A DNA stretch of 64,000 nucleotides from Candidatus Moraniibacteriota bacterium (GCA_016699385.1 CP064974.1:131242-195241), one strand, 5' to 3'. Positions 22,592-32,085 are shown, counted from the first letter of the stretch. Numbers and translations are program-made. Notes: generated from the letters alone by a model not told the origin.

Positions 22592-23931
22592 AACTCGAAA
22601 CATTTGACACGAAATATCGAGAAAGACTTCCGGATGTGCCGGGAGTGTACTTTTTCCTTGGTACGAAGGGGAAAGTTTTGTATATCGGCAAGGCGACATC
22701 GCTTGCGAGTCGAGTAAGAAGTTACTTCACGCAAGACATTATACTGACGCGCGGACCGAAAATTGTGCGGATGTTGGAATTGGCGGCGGACATCAAGTGG
22801 CAGGAGACGGACTCGGCGCTTGAGGCGTTGCTTCTTGAGGCGAATCTCATTCAGAAGCATAGCCCGGCATACAATACTGATGCAAAAGATGATAAGAGTT
22901 GGAACTTCGTGGTGATTACGAAGGAGAAATTTCCGCGCGTCTTGGTGGAGCGGGGGAAGAAATTGGAAAATGGAGAACAAAGAGAGAAGAACAAGGAATC
23001 GGGTAGAGGAAAGAGAGGTAGACGATTGACGACGAAAAGCAAACCGGTTTCCTATCGGGCGATGTTTGGACCGTTCCCATCTGGAGGAGCGCTCAAAGAA
23101 GCAGTGAAGATTGTTCGAAGAATTTTTCCGTTTCGAGATATCTGTACACCGCTTGAAAATCAAGAGAGAAAGAATCTCGCGAAGCCATGCTTTAATGCGC
23201 AGATAGGATTGTGTCCCGGCGTGTGCATTGGCGCGGTGTCGGCGCGTGAGTATGGGAAGACGATACGAAATATCAAACTTTTTTTTGAGGGGAAGAAAAC
23301 AACGATAGTGCGAAATTTGGAACGCGAGATGAAATCCGAGGCAAGAGGGTTGCGTTTTGAGCGAGCAGGGGAGATAAAGAAAACACTCTTTGCTCTTGCA
23401 CATATTCAGGATGTGGCGCTGCTCAAGAGGAATTTATTTGAGGGCGATTCTCGAAAGGCCGATGGAATACATGTGGGTAGTGGGACGCGCATTGAGGCAT
23501 ATGATGTAGCACATTTGGGTGGCGAGAATACGGTTGGAGTAATGACGGTTGCTCTTGATGGAGAAGCACAGAAAGAAGCCTATCGGAAATTTATTCTCCA
23601 TGGTGATGCGCGAGGGAATGATCTCGCGGCACTTGAAGAGTTATTGCGTCGGCGTTTGAAACATACTGAATGGATAATGCCGAAACTCATCGTCGTTGAT
23701 GGATCGAATCTCCAACGCCATGTCGCTGAGGCGGTGTTGCGAGATTTTTCGCTCGATATTTCCGTTGTCTCAGTCTTGAAAGACGAACATCATCAACCAA
23801 AAGGAATACTTGGACCAAAGAATGAGAGGGATACATACAAAGACGCCATACTGCTTGCCAATAGCGAGTCGCATCGCTTTGCTATATCATTTCATCGGAA
23901 GCGGAGAAGGAAAGCTTTTTTGTCTCTTTGA
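22588..23931 (+). CDS. uvrC: Excinuclease ABC subunit C (UvrC), short form lacking the C-terminal (HhH)2 domain
   Basis: GIY-YIG domain (PGVYFFLGTKGKVLYIGKATSLASRVRSYF), Cys cluster CFNAQIGLCPGVCIG, and an RNase H-like endonuclease domain ending HRFAISFHRKRRRK. At 447 aa it is well below the usual ~600. Confidence 0.75.
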   Translation: MKLETFDTKYRERLPDVPGVYFFLGTKGKVLYIGKATSLASRVRSYFTQDIILTRGPKIVRMLELAADIKWQETDSALEALLLEANLIQKHSPAYNTDAKDDKSWNFVVITKEKFPRVLVERGKKLENGEQREKNKESGRGKRGRRLTTKSKPVSYRAMFGPFPSGGALKEAVKIVRRIFPFRDICTPLENQERKNLAKPCFNAQIGLCPGVCIGAVSAREYGKTIRNIKLFFEGKKTTIVRNLEREMKSEARGLRFERAGEIKKTLFALAHIQDVALLKRNLFEGDSRKADGIHVGSGTRIEAYDVAHLGGENTVGVMTVALDGEAQKEAYRKFILHGDARGNDLAALEELLRRRLKHTEWIMPKLIVVDGSNLQRHVAEAVLRDFSLDISVVSVLKDEHHQPKGILGPKNERDTYKDAILLANSESHRFAISFHRKRRRKAFLSL

Positions 23932-23984
23932 CACTCACCTGCTACACTGATGACGAGTAGAGAATTTCTTGGCAATTCCTTTAT

Positions 23985-24371
23985 GTGAATGATATGAAGA
24001 GAATTTTGATTATAGAGGATGAGAAACCATTGGCTCGAGCGTTGGAATTAAAGTTGGCGCATGTAGGATTTGAAACAAAAAGTGCTGTCAATGGAGAGGA
24101 AGGCTTGGCAATTTTGCAAGAGGAATCATTTGACCTTGTTCTGACCGACCTTGTTATGCCGAAAGTTGATGGATTTTCTGTATTGACCACTTTGCGGGAG
24201 TGGAATAATGCGACGCCAGTTATTGTGTTGACAAATCTGAGTCAGTTTGAGGATGAATCACGTGCTCGAGCACTTGGAGCGGCAGGATTTTTCGTGAAAT
24301 CAGATATATCGGTTGCTGAAATTGTTGAGCATATAAAGCATGTGTTCGATACATCTTCGAATGCCACCTGA
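23985..24371 (+). CDS. Stand-alone response-regulator receiver (CheY-like)
   Basis: ILIIEDE...FDLVLTDLVMPKVDG...VIVLTN...K pattern of REC domains. No output domain. Confidence 0.75.
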   Translation: MNDMKRILIIEDEKPLARALELKLAHVGFETKSAVNGEEGLAILQEESFDLVLTDLVMPKVDGFSVLTTLREWNNATPVIVLTNLSQFEDESRARALGAAGFFVKSDISVAEIVEHIKHVFDTSSNAT

Positions 24372-24518
24372 GATAAAATTAATCTGAGAGCTTCTTGGAG
24401 AATGCAGAATAGATGGGGGCGTTTTTCGTTCAAAATTTTGGAATTTCGTGGCGAAAGAGAATTTGTAGGTGTGTTCTAGCGACTCAAAAGAAGGGCAAAT
24501 ATAAAAACACCATATTTT

Positions 24519-26171
24519 ATGGATATCAGTGCAGAAGAAATCAAAAGAATTCTTCTTGAGGGAAGCTATGTGACGCAGGACGACATTCGGAAGACGGAAG
24601 TGGCGGCAAGGGCTCGTAGCGTCTCGTTCACACAACTTCTTCTTGAAGATGGTTTGATGAGTAAAGATCTCTTAGGGCAGGCAATTGCCGAGTCGCTTGG
24701 TGTGCCGTATTCCGATTTGAATTCAACGTCCATATCGCCTCAGCAAGTACGGAGAATTCCAGAAGAAATAGCAAAACAATACCACGCAGTAGTTTTTTTG
24801 GAGAGTGAAGCTACAGTAATTATTGCAACTGATGCGCCGAAAGACCCCGCGTTATTGATCTCGATTTCGCCGATTTTCGTAGGAAAATCTATTTCAATGA
24901 CGTATTCTCTTTTGGAGGATATCGAGCCACTATTTGTTCACTATAAGACGTCTCTTGAAATGCGCTTTTCGAAAATCATCGAGAAAAATGATCGTGTTGC
25001 CACCGGTTTTTTGGAAGAAATATTTGAGGATGCATTGGTGCTTCGGGCATCTGATATTCATTTCGAACCACATGAAGATGGTACTGTAATTCGGTTTCGT
25101 ATTGATGGTGTACTGCAAAATGTCGGCAACATTCCAAAGGAATACTATGATACGCTTCTCAATCGAATCAAGGTGAAGAGTAGTTTGCGTATTGATGAGC
25201 ATTTTTCAGCGCAAGACGGGTCACTACGGCATGAGAAAGATGGGAAGGTTGTCGATATGCGGACATCGATTATTCCAACCGTGGAAGGGGAAAAAATTGT
25301 ATTACGCGTGCTTTCTGCGTATATTGAAGGACTGTCATTGTCCGATATCGGACTTTCTTCGGAGAATCAGGAACTCTTACAAATTTCGGCTAATAAGCCG
25401 TTTGGAATGATTTTGGTTGCAGGTCCAACTGGGAGCGGAAAAACAACGACGCTGTATTCGCTCATCAAACTGCTCAACAACACTGACATAAATATTACGA
25501 CCATTGAAGATCCAGTTGAATACAAGGTCCGTGGCGTTAATCAGATTCAGGTGAATCTGCAGACCCATTTGACCTTTGTTAAGGGTTTGCGATCAATTGT
25601 TCGTCAGGACCCCGATGTTATTTTGGTTGGTGAAATACGTGATCGAGAGACAGCAGAGATTGCTGTGAATGCAGCGCTCACGGGGCACCTTCTTCTTTCG
25701 ACCTTTCATGCTAATGACGCCGCGACAGCACTTCCTCGTTTATTTGATATGGGTATTGAACCTTTTCTCTTAGCTTCGACACTCGATGTTGTCATCGCAC
25801 AGCGTCTTGTGCGAAAAATATGTGATGCCTGTCGTCTGGGTGTTGCCAAAAGTCCAAAAGATATTGTTGTAACACAGCTTCACTCGATAGAGCCGTATTT
25901 TCACGAGGAATCCATGACATTCTATGAAGGAAAAGGATGCGCAATGTGTAGTGGTACGGGGTACAAGGGGCGAACTGCGCTTTTCGAATATATTCGCGTT
26001 ACGCCGGCAATGCAGGCGCTTATCGTGAAGAAACCCTCAACACAGGAAATATGGAAACTCGCGAGAACCGAAGGATCAGTATCGCTTTTTGAGGATGGTG
26101 TCTTAAAAGTAAAAAACGGTATTACAACAATTGAGGAATTGCTTCGCGTTGCCGAGCCTCCAGCTGTGTAG
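24519..26171 (+). CDS. pilB: Type IV pilus assembly ATPase PilB (GspE family)
   Basis: N-terminal GSPII_E_N-like region. Walker A AGPTGSGKTTTLYS, Asp box, His box GEIRD, and a C-terminal tetracysteine CDAC...CAMC. Confidence 0.85.
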   Translation: MDISAEEIKRILLEGSYVTQDDIRKTEVAARARSVSFTQLLLEDGLMSKDLLGQAIAESLGVPYSDLNSTSISPQQVRRIPEEIAKQYHAVVFLESEATVIIATDAPKDPALLISISPIFVGKSISMTYSLLEDIEPLFVHYKTSLEMRFSKIIEKNDRVATGFLEEIFEDALVLRASDIHFEPHEDGTVIRFRIDGVLQNVGNIPKEYYDTLLNRIKVKSSLRIDEHFSAQDGSLRHEKDGKVVDMRTSIIPTVEGEKIVLRVLSAYIEGLSLSDIGLSSENQELLQISANKPFGMILVAGPTGSGKTTTLYSLIKLLNNTDINITTIEDPVEYKVRGVNQIQVNLQTHLTFVKGLRSIVRQDPDVILVGEIRDRETAEIAVNAALTGHLLLSTFHANDAATALPRLFDMGIEPFLLASTLDVVIAQRLVRKICDACRLGVAKSPKDIVVTQLHSIEPYFHEESMTFYEGKGCAMCSGTGYKGRTALFEYIRVTPAMQALIVKKPSTQEIWKLARTEGSVSLFEDGVLKVKNGITTIEELLRVAEPPAV

Positions 26172-26229
26172 GTTTTGCAAAAATGCAAAATTTTGCGTCT
26201 TCACAGGATAGAGCAGGTACGGAATTTAT

Positions 26230-27669
26230 ATGAAGAACACAAAAAAAATCCAAAATCCTTTCGCGACAGTCGGATTGGGGAAAGAATTGGATTATCTTAT
26301 CGAAAATCTAAGCATGCTCATTGCGGCGGGCATGCCGGTTGTAAGTGCGCTCGATTCTATTACTGAAGAAATGCGGTCACGTCGGATGAAGCGAGCATTG
26401 GCTGCGATGCGAGCGAATGTCGAAGGCGGTTCGTCACTTTGGGTAGCATTGGAGAAAAGCGGGTTCTTTCGGGAACATGTCATATCGCTTATTCGAATTG
26501 GTGAAGAGTCTGGCAGACTTGTTGAGAATCTCAAGGTTGTTTCTCTTGAGGAAGAGAAAGACCGCCTCTTTCGTTCAAAACTTCGTTCTGCTTTGGCTTA
26601 TCCAATTTTTGTGCTCGTAGTGACGGCAGTTGTTGGCATTGGTATCGCATGGTTTATTTTGCCGAAACTCGCTCTTGTCTTTTCGCAACTCAAAATTACC
26701 CTTCCGTGGATTACGAAAGTCTTGATTAGCGCCGGTGTGTTTTTGAATGCCTCTGGATGGAAAGTTCTCCCATCCGCAGCATTGTTTTTCACTGCACTGT
26801 TTTATTTCGTATTCTTCTTTTCAAAAACAAAGGTTGTCGGGCAGTATATTCTTCTGGTCATTCCTGGAGTGAGACAACTCGTGAAAGAGGTGGAGACAGC
26901 GAGATTTGGTTATCTCCTGGGGACATTGCTTTCGGCAGGAGTGCCGGTAACGAAATCGCTTGATTCTTTGGTAAATGCTACTGATTCGGTTCCATATCGG
27001 AAGCTATTTATGCATCTTCGCGATTCAGTCGAAGAGGGGAATTCTTTTCAGAAGAGCTTTTCCTCGCTTCGTCGTGGCAATCATCGTATTTCTCGACCAA
27101 TACAGCAGCTTATCGCTGCCGCTGAACAATCCGGAAATCTTCCGGAGACGTTTTTAAAAATTGGATCAATCTACGAAAGCAAAGCGGATGCAACGACGAA
27201 AAACCTTACGGTTATTTTGGAGCCGGTACTTTTGGTGCTGGTGTGGCTCGGGGTGGTAGGGGTGGCGCTTGCGGTTATATTGCCTATTTACAGTTTGGTT
27301 GGAGGTATCAATCAGGGGGAATCTTCTCCTGTACCTCCTTCGGCAGTTGAGGAAAATGCAATGGAGACACTTCCGAGTTCGATGAATGAGGTGGTGCCAG
27401 CCGAATCGTCTGAGCCAACGGAGAATGTTGAACCGAAAGATGCATTGAATGCTCCGTTGATGCTTCGTGTACAGAAAACCGGTGTCGGATATCTTAACGT
27501 GCGTGATGCTCCTTTGGTATCTGGCGCTCTGGTTGGTAAGATCTCGCCAGGGGATACCCTCATATATACTAAAGAACAGTCCGGTTGGTTCTCTGTTGTT
27601 CTGTCGAGTGGGAATGAAGGGTGGGTGTCTGGAAAATATGTGGAAACGATAAGTGAACAATTGCCATGA
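26230..27669 (+). CDS. pilC: Type IV pilus platform protein PilC (GspF family) with an extra C-terminal SH3b-like domain
   Basis: Two GspF repeats and three TM segments. After the last TM there is a ~110-aa tail ending LRVQKTGVGYLNVRDAPLVSGALVGKISPGDTLIYTKEQSGWFSVVLSSGNEGWVSGKYVE, which has the bacterial SH3 pattern. Confidence 0.8.
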   Translation: MKNTKKIQNPFATVGLGKELDYLIENLSMLIAAGMPVVSALDSITEEMRSRRMKRALAAMRANVEGGSSLWVALEKSGFFREHVISLIRIGEESGRLVENLKVVSLEEEKDRLFRSKLRSALAYPIFVLVVTAVVGIGIAWFILPKLALVFSQLKITLPWITKVLISAGVFLNASGWKVLPSAALFFTALFYFVFFFSKTKVVGQYILLVIPGVRQLVKEVETARFGYLLGTLLSAGVPVTKSLDSLVNATDSVPYRKLFMHLRDSVEEGNSFQKSFSSLRRGNHRISRPIQQLIAAAEQSGNLPETFLKIGSIYESKADATTKNLTVILEPVLLVLVWLGVVGVALAVILPIYSLVGGINQGESSPVPPSAVEENAMETLPSSMNEVVPAESSEPTENVEPKDALNAPLMLRVQKTGVGYLNVRDAPLVSGALVGKISPGDTLIYTKEQSGWFSVVLSSGNEGWVSGKYVETISEQLP

Positions 27670-28106
27670 GGTCATCAGTACGAGCATTTACATTGCTCGA
27701 AGTATTGCTCTCCGTTGCAGCACTCGCCGTTATTGCTGGAATTTCCTTGCCGATATATCAGTCATTTCAGGTGCGGAACGATTTAGATATCGCTGCGACG
27801 ACGGTGGCGCAGAGTTGTCGCCGAGCTACGGTACTTGCACAGGCATCTGATGGCGACACGAATTGGGGTGTTCATATTCAACCAGGAAGTATCGTGTTGT
27901 TTCGTGGAACAAGCTATGTTGCACGAAACGCGACGTTTGATGAAATTTTCGCCATGCCAACGAGTATTGTGTCGTCGGGTATGTCTGACGTTGTTTTTGC
28001 AAAATTCACGGGCATGCCAACGACAACTGGTACAACGACACTTACTTCTTCTACCAATGAAACTCGAACAATCACCATCAATGCCAAAGGAATGGTTAAC
28101 TTCTGA
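27666..28106 (+). CDS. Pseudopilin / minor pilin (prepilin-type N-terminal methylation domain)
   Basis: N-terminus RAFTLLEVLLSVAALAVIAGISLP matches the class III signal and hydrophobic alpha1 helix. Confidence 0.7.
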   Translation: MRSSVRAFTLLEVLLSVAALAVIAGISLPIYQSFQVRNDLDIAATTVAQSCRRATVLAQASDGDTNWGVHIQPGSIVLFRGTSYVARNATFDEIFAMPTSIVSSGMSDVVFAKFTGMPTTTGTTTLTSSTNETRTITINAKGMVNF

Positions 28107-29487
28107 AAAGAAACACGGATTTTCACTCGTGGAGGTGCTTCTCTCGGGTGCGGTTTTTTCGCTCCTTGTGACGGCATTAGTTGGTGCCTATCTCTATGGC
28201 GAAGAGGCAACAGTGCTTGCGGGCAATCGAACGCGAGCGGTGTTTTTTGCGGAGGAAGGGCTTGAGGCGACGCGCAATATTCGCGACTCGGATTTCATGA
28301 ACCTTTCAGACGGTGTTCATGGACTTGCAATCTCAGGGGGACAATGGAATTTCTCCGGTTCTTCTGATGTGGATGGTATCTTTACGCGATCAGTGACGAT
28401 TGCGCCAGTGAGTTCCAATCGAAAGAGTGTGACATCAACGGTCAGTTGGCAACAAAATGCAGAGCGAACGGGAACCGTGGCACTCTCTTCGTATCTCACT
28501 AATTGGATTGTATCCGGAATAGGAAATTGGGCGAGTCCGCTCGAGGAAGCGAGTGTTGACGCGTCGGGAAATGCCGACGGACTCAAAGTGCAGTATCAGG
28601 ATAGTTTTGCCTATGTTGTGCGCAATGTCGGTACGGATAATTTTCTCGTATTCGATGTAAGCGATTCGGTGAACCCTTCGCTCGTTGGGTCACTTACGCT
28701 TGCTGGGAGGCCGAGTAATATTTCGATTGCGGGAAATTATGCCTATGTTTCTAGTTCCGATAATAATGAAGAGCTGCAGATTGTAGATATTTCGACGCCC
28801 GTATCGCCGAGTCTTGCGGGGAGCTATAATGCTCCCGGAAATGCCAATGTGATTGGTGTCTTTGCCAGCGGATTAACCGCATATATTGTGCGGGCGAATA
28901 GTTCGTCAGACGAATTTTTGATTATCAATGTCGCTTCCCCTACATCACCCTCCCTTGTTGGCTCGCTTAATCTTGGAGCAAATGGAAATGAAGTGGTTGT
29001 GTCTGGAAATGCTGCGTATATCGCTTCGAGCGATAATAGCGAGGAACTTAAAGTCGTGAATATATCGACACCTGCATCCCCATCGCAAATCGGCTCACTG
29101 AATCTCTCTGGAAATACCGACGCTATTACTATTGCCTTCACCGGTTCGACGGTATTGCTTGGACAAGGAGATAAACTTTTTACCGTGAATATTTCCACTC
29201 CAGCGAGTCCGGCCGTGCTCGGGTCAGTCGATCTTTCTGGTACGGTGAATGATATTGCGCTTGTGTTTGGTAATGCAAATACGTATGTATACACGGCGAC
29301 CAGCAGAAATAGTGCGGAATTCCAAGTTGTTGACATTTCTTCACTTGCGTCGCCAATGCTTTTTGGATCGGTTGATGTTTCGGGTAACAATAATCTTTTT
29401 GGCATTGCCTACGATGAGACGATTGATCGCGCTTTCGGCGTCGGCACCTCCAATAGCGAAGAGTTCATTGTTCTTGCGCCACAATAA
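28081..29487 (+). CDS. Pilin-like protein with C-terminal LVIVD-type beta-propeller repeats (candidate pilus-tip adhesin)
   Basis: Start taken at MPKEW...HGFSLVEVLLSGAVFSLLVTALVGAY (prepilin motif). The rest of the protein has at least 8 tandem ~40-aa repeats of the form ...ELQIVDISTPVSPSLAGS..., ...EELKVVNISTPASPSQIGSLNLSGN..., ...FQVVDISSLASPMLFGSVDVSGN.... Confidence 0.65.
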   Translation: MPKEWLTSEKKHGFSLVEVLLSGAVFSLLVTALVGAYLYGEEATVLAGNRTRAVFFAEEGLEATRNIRDSDFMNLSDGVHGLAISGGQWNFSGSSDVDGIFTRSVTIAPVSSNRKSVTSTVSWQQNAERTGTVALSSYLTNWIVSGIGNWASPLEEASVDASGNADGLKVQYQDSFAYVVRNVGTDNFLVFDVSDSVNPSLVGSLTLAGRPSNISIAGNYAYVSSSDNNEELQIVDISTPVSPSLAGSYNAPGNANVIGVFASGLTAYIVRANSSSDEFLIINVASPTSPSLVGSLNLGANGNEVVVSGNAAYIASSDNSEELKVVNISTPASPSQIGSLNLSGNTDAITIAFTGSTVLLGQGDKLFTVNISTPASPAVLGSVDLSGTVNDIALVFGNANTYVYTATSRNSAEFQVVDISSLASPMLFGSVDVSGNNNLFGIAYDETIDRAFGVGTSNSEEFIVLAPQ

Positions 29488-29490
29488 TCT

Positions 29491-30027
29491 ATGAGTAATT
29501 TCAGAAAAACACTGTCGAGTTCGTCCAGTTGCTTAGGATTTACGATTATCGAGCTTCTTCTTTATGTGGCAATCGCCTCAATTCTTCTTTTGGCGTCGTC
29601 ACTTTTTCTTTCGGTACTTCTTGAATCCCGAGTGAAGAATCAAACGATAGCCGAAGTAGAAGGGCAAGGTGCTGCGGTGCTGCATATCCTGATGCAATCT
29701 GTTCGCAATGCAGAGAGTATCAATGTGCCGTCTCCTGGAACGAGTGCCTCGTCAGTGTCTCTTACTACAATAGTTTCGGGGAATAATCCAACCGTATTCG
29801 ACCTTTCATCGGGGACATTTCGTATGAAAGAGGGTTCATCTTTAGCGACAGCACTTACGAATACGAGGGTTGTCGTTTCGAACCTGACCTTTACGAATCT
29901 ATCTCGCTCGAGCACGCCGGGGACGGTGCGTATTCGGTTTACTGTTGCAGCGGTGAATACTTCGGGACGAAACGAGTATTCTTTCTCAAAAATATTCACA
30001 ACATCGGCAACGCTGCGACAGCCGTGA
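29491..30027 (+). CDS. Pseudopilin / minor pilin
   Basis: N-terminus GFTIIELLLYVAIASILLLASSLFLSVLLE is a prepilin-type methylation motif followed by the TM helix. Confidence 0.7.
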   Translation: MSNFRKTLSSSSSCLGFTIIELLLYVAIASILLLASSLFLSVLLESRVKNQTIAEVEGQGAAVLHILMQSVRNAESINVPSPGTSASSVSLTTIVSGNNPTVFDLSSGTFRMKEGSSLATALTNTRVVVSNLTFTNLSRSSTPGTVRIRFTVAAVNTSGRNEYSFSKIFTTSATLRQP

Positions 30028-30045
30028 TTCTCTATCTTTGTAGAA

Positions 30046-30489
30046 ATGCAATATCTCATGTCTCCATGGTTTTATCGCAAATTCAAAAATATGTTGGTAA
30101 AGAATCAATCCGGATATGTGACTCTCTTGAGCGTTCTTGTGGTTGGAGCGGTCGGCGTGGCGGTTTCGACGTCACTTCTTCTTTTGGGATTGGGGATTTC
30201 TCGGACAGGATTCTCTTTTCAGCAATTGTATCAAGCGAAAGCACTTTCCTCCGCCTGTACAGAGGAAGCGCTTCAGAAAGTGAGAAATGACACGTTGTTT
30301 TTCGGAAGCGGTTCACTGTCTCTCGGACAGGGAAACTGTGACTATACCGTAACGAATCAGGGCGGGCAAAACAGACTCGTGACAGTAACGGGCACCGTTG
30401 GCACGATTGTCCGAAGAACAAAAGTGATATTAAGCACTATTAATCCGAAAATAACTATAACCTCATGGCAGGAGATAAGCAGTTTTTAA
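30046..30489 (+). CDS. Putative minor pilin (PilX-like)
   Basis: N-terminal SGYVTLLSVLVVGAVGVAVSTSLLLLGLG hydrophobic segment resembles a degenerate prepilin helix. Position is inside the pilin gene run. Confidence 0.45.
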   Translation: MQYLMSPWFYRKFKNMLVKNQSGYVTLLSVLVVGAVGVAVSTSLLLLGLGISRTGFSFQQLYQAKALSSACTEEALQKVRNDTLFFGSGSLSLGQGNCDYTVTNQGGQNRLVTVTGTVGTIVRRTKVILSTINPKITITSWQEISSF

Positions 30490-30542
30490 TTAATATGGTA
30501 TACTAGCGTTGTTGTGTAATTGCGGAAGAATAATTTTTTTAC

Positions 30543-31019
30543 GTGTCTTTTATGAGGGGTGTAATGGATTTTGTGTCGTTATCAAGGAGAAGACAAAAGG
30601 GTTTCACTTTACTTGAAATTCTCTTGGTCGTCGCAGCAATTGGTATTTTGGCAGGTATCGTTATTCTCGCGATAAATCCGTCGAAGCAGCTTGGTGATAC
30701 GCGAAACGCTCAGCGACGTTCTGACGTGAATACGATTCTTAATGCAGTGTATCAATATGCGATTGATAATAATGGCACTTTGCCGGCATCTATAACGACA
30801 ACGGCAACGGGTGTCTGCAAGACTGGAGGAACGTGTACGAGTCTTATTGATTTGGGTGTCCTTACCATAAACGAGAAGTACCTTGTTTCTCTACCGTATG
30901 ATCCGACTGGATCGACAGCAAATAGCACGGGGTACAATATTGCCAAATCTGCCAATGGACGAGTGACAGTGTCAGCGCCAAGTGCAGAGCAGAGCGCAAC
31001 TATCAGTGTCACGCGATAA
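30543..31019 (+). CDS. Type IV major pilin (PilA-like), paralogue 1
   Basis: [44 protein letters not shown] is a canonical class III signal plus alpha1-N helix (Glu at +5). The C-terminus [21 protein letters not shown] is shared with paralogue 2. The true start may be the internal ATG at 30564. Confidence 0.8.
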   Translation: MSFMRGVMDFVSLSRRRQKGFTLLEILLVVAAIGILAGIVILAINPSKQLGDTRNAQRRSDVNTILNAVYQYAIDNNGTLPASITTTATGVCKTGGTCTSLIDLGVLTINEKYLVSLPYDPTGSTANSTGYNIAKSANGRVTVSAPSAEQSATISVTR

Positions 31020-31036
31020 ATATAAAATATACATGT

Positions 31037-31495
31037 ATGAAGAATAAAAAAGCATTCACGCTTATAGAAATCTTGCTAGTTGTTGCGGCAATCGCTATTT
31101 TGGCAGGTATCGTTATTCTTGCGATAAATCCGTCGAAGCAGCTTGGTGATACGCGAAACGCGGAGCGTCATGCGGATGTGACAACGATACTCAACGCGGT
31201 CTATCAGTACTCGCTGGATAATAATGGAGCTTTGCCAACTATTCCGTTGAATTCGACTTGTGACAATACTGCTGCTTATCAGATATGCAAAGCGGGTGCA
31301 ACGGGAACATGTTCGGCTGGTGTTGATATCTCCGTCATTACAACCAATCAGAAGTATGTGACGAGCATTCCTCTCGATCCATCTGTTTCGTCAACAGATG
31401 GAACGGGATATTACATTGTGCGGAGTTCGAATAATCGAGTGACGGTCTGTGCGCCAAGCGCCGAGCAAGGAGCGACTATTAGTGTGACGCGGTAG
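31037..31495 (+). CDS. Type IV major pilin (PilA-like), paralogue 2
   Basis: [48 protein letters not shown]... The N-terminus (~55 aa) and C-terminus (~25 aa) are nearly identical to paralogue 1; the centre has diverged. Confidence 0.85.
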   Translation: MKNKKAFTLIEILLVVAAIAILAGIVILAINPSKQLGDTRNAERHADVTTILNAVYQYSLDNNGALPTIPLNSTCDNTAAYQICKAGATGTCSAGVDISVITTNQKYVTSIPLDPSVSSTDGTGYYIVRSSNNRVTVCAPSAEQGATISVTR

Positions 31496-31725
31496 TTTCA
31501 TATTGCATGACATTGAGTATTCGAAGTACAGTGTTTTTAGGTTATCTTGTGCTTCTTCTTATGGGCACTGTTTTGGGATATTCCTTGTTATTGAGGTAAA
31601 GGTTTTGGTACACGCTCACAGTGAATCAGAGTAGGAATATGTATCTTAAGTCGTCTCTTTATCAAAGCATCATGGTAGCGTAGAGGTAAATTCTGATAAA
31701 TTTCTCAATAACGTTTTGACTATCA

Positions 31726-32085
31726 TTGTGGCAAGTATGGTGCTATGGTGTCACCTTTATCGGTAAAATTATTCTGTTGCGAGTATCTTCTCAAGTTGTT
31801 AAGTTGGTATTTCAACTCAAGTCAGCAATGCAGAAGATGCTAGGTGGGATATTTGAAATGCGAATGGATCTCTTGGCAAATGATGAGGTTAGAGAACTTT
31901 TGCGCACTTTCAATCATATGGCAGAGGAGCTTAAAGGAAATAGGATGGATATGGAAAAGAAAGTAACCAAGCGAACAGAGGAGTTTGAACGCATGAATCG
32001 CATTATGATGAATCGGGAGTCTAAGATGATTGAATTGAAAAGGAAGATACGAGAACTTGAGAAAAAAATATGGAAACACGCATGA
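31726..32085 (+). CDS. Small HAMP-like / coiled-coil protein (possible remnant or separate subunit of a sensor)
   Basis: GGIFEMRMDLLANDEVRELLRTFNHMAEEL resembles the second helix of a HAMP domain and is followed by a Lys/Glu-rich coiled coil. The stop overlaps the next gene. Confidence 0.4.
   Translation: MWQVWCYGVTFIGKIILLRVSSQVVKLVFQLKSAMQKMLGGIFEMRMDLLANDEVRELLRTFNHMAEELKGNRMDMEKKVTKRTEEFERMNRIMMNRESKMIELKRKIRELEKKIWKHA

Noticed and set aside
22393-23403. 336-aa ORF on the minus strand
   Set aside because: Antisense to uvrC (GIY-YIG and Cys motifs on the plus strand).
28081-29487. Tandem ~120-bp nucleotide periodicity resembling a repeat array
   Set aside because: The periodicity is in frame, imperfect, and encodes the LVIVD-like protein repeats. 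There is no repeat-spacer structure and no cas genes, so it is not a CRISPR array.
31507-31599. 30-aa ORF MTLSIRSTVFLGYLVLLLMGTVLGYSLLLR upstream of the HAMP-like gene
   Set aside because: Too short to support as a gene on its own. It is noted only as a possible relic TM segment of a formerly longer sensor (see signalling-operon finding).
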